From Gonapodya sp. JEL0774 (Eukaryota), in assembly GCA_027604505.1 (NCBI GenBank), contig JADIIX010000082.1, forward strand, positions 62,001 through 99,160: a stretch of 37,160 bases of DNA, written 5' to 3'. Of the stretch, positions 35,409 to 37,160 are shown one piece after another (position 1 is the first letter of the stretch; the number at the start of each line of letters is the position of its first letter). The position numbers were made by a program, and so were the translations under genes. Below the pieces are notes generated by a model that saw only the letters and a program-made list of their open reading frames with translations, was not told the origin of the DNA and did not search any database.

Positions 35409-36419
35409 TCTGGTGGATTGCAAGCGTTTTTGTTTAGATGAAGTGTTACATGATGGTCTTCTTACATGGCTTGCTCAGTCGCTTAGAATATTATGGACTC
35501 TTAGTCTCATACATGCTTATGTGCTCCGTGTTACGGCTGGCCACACTGAATGTGAAGTTTCGTAGTGTTTCATCATCTGTCCGCCAGTCCATCAACTCTT
35601 ACTTCCCCGCGTAAACGCTTCACGGAAGAGTGCAAGGTCCTCATTCAATTCACTGTAATTGACTGGACAGCGTCCTGCTGAACGTCACACCAACTCCACC
35701 TGTCGCCACCTCCAGTCATCGCCCTCTATGTTACACACACTATACACCATGACCGTATTGGTATGGGCTACAGATTAAATGCAATTCAATACACTACAAA
35801 GTATGTACAAAATTCGGCATGCAAATGGGACACGAGGAATCATAGCTCGTTACACCTGGAACAAGTCAACTGAAAGAAAAAAAGGGGAACTCAAGGGAAA
35901 GAAAAGAAAGAAGGAAACAAGCATGCGGTAAAAAAACACAGGTGCGAAGAGAAAGAGCCGAAGCGAACGATGGGTGGTGGAAAACATGCTGGGGCGTGCG
36001 GTGCGGAGAGTGGAAGAAAGTGTAGAAGTAGGCGAATCTGGCCCCTGCTTAATCCAGTGCAATGTAGTCCCGCTTCCCGAACAGAGTCGAATACACCACA
36101 AGATGTCCATGAATTGCCGGGTCTGTTCCAGTCCACTTGCCGTCCACAAGTTGCCCGCCGAGAGCGGACACTTCAGCCGATGGCGCACATTTTACTTCCA
36201 ATAGAGTCCGCTTCACAGTCGCCGACCGGCAAAATCACTTGAGAGAGTCGATATGCCCCTGCAGTTGGCGGATCCCGCTTTCAAAATAGCAACCGGTTGT
36301 ACACCAGGCCTCGGAGTCTAAGAGTCCTCACAGTGCCATGAAATCGTCCACTCGTCACTCGTGGCCCATTTTCCAGTTTCCGCCCTTTTTCCTTCTTTCC
36401 GCTCATCTCATACCCTTCG

Positions 36420-36888
36420 TCAGCCGGTCGCCCCATTACGGCTCTCACCCTTGTCTAACTTCCCGGTCCCCCTCCACACGACATACTGCACATAGGCCCT
36501 GGCCACCATCCCCACTCCTATCGCCACGCACCCGAGCGCGAACCACCTCATGGGCCAGTCCATATCCACTGAGATCGTGACCGAGGCGTTCTTCGATGCG
36601 TCTGCCATGGACTCGCGGATGGCGAGTGCGAGCCGGTCGGAGGCGGAGAGAACAGAGGTGGAGAGGAGGGTGGACGAGTCGCGGAGGGATTGGGAGAGTT
36701 CGCGAAGTTCCATGACCTGGATGGGACAGGTCGGTGGATTGGTGGATAGGTGGAGGGGCGGGTGATGGGCATGAGCAGGAGTCAAAGATGATGTCAGGAT
36801 GGTACAAGAGGAGTTGTCAGGAGCGTCTCACGTGGAAAACATCTTCTGGGACCATTTTCGCCAGAACCGAGTTCTTGTCGACGGGCAT
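36420..36888 (-). CDS. Small hypothetical single-pass membrane protein (117 aa, 2 exons)
   Basis: Exons 36888-36832 and 36716-36420 (GTGAGA..CCAG, phase 0). Protein: MPVDKNSVLAKMVPEDVFH|VMELRELSQSLRDSS...WPMRWFALGCVAIGVGMVARAYVQYVVWRG...ATG*. Confidence 0.6.
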
Positions 36889-37160
36889 CGCGGGAGACAG
36901 CGGGAGACAGCGGCTGAGAACGAGGACAGAGGAATGACGTCAGAGGCGGTGGCGGGGAGGGACAGTGGGAGACAGCAGAGCGGGAACGTGAATGGGAATG
37001 AATTCGCTGTGAATGGGCCATCCTTGGAGAATCGGGATCGGCACCAACGTCGGGTGACCGCAGCAATTATCCGTTGAATCTCGTATTAGGGGATGTGCGC
37101 TACACGTTAATTACGAGTAGAAAACAACGAGTTGCACAAAACACAAAACCACCAGTAGAG

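Noticed and set aside
35850..36250. Minus-strand polypyrimidine tract with acceptor-like TTTCAG and short ORFs
   Set aside because: I could not assemble a consistent coding model or recognise any motif.

Overview
Eukaryotic, intron-rich genomic DNA (about 50-55% GC, short GT-AG introns mostly 50-100 nt). Gene content suggests a fungus, probably an early-diverging chytrid/monoblepharid-like lineage (inference). I assembled spliced models by hand. In order: a BTB/POZ gene (-, runs off the left edge); a mitochondria-targeted Ohr peroxidase whose catalytic Arg depends on a 5-nt micro-exon; an intronless LRR protein; a divergent CLC chloride channel/antiporter head-to-head with a tandem array of four SLC18/VMAT-like MFS transporters (an orphan gene sits between copies 3 and 4); an AIFM2/AMID-like FAD oxidoreductase; a PARN-like deadenylase ending in a K-Ras4B-like polybasic+CaaX tail; a 71-aa four-exon membrane microprotein missed by the ORF track; a signal-peptide-bearing, catalytically stripped mini-Hsp70; a palindromic repeat cluster; a probable patatin-phospholipase remnant; and a small single-TM protein. 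No rRNA, tRNA, CRISPR or intact transposase was seen. Exon boundaries are manual predictions without transcript support.
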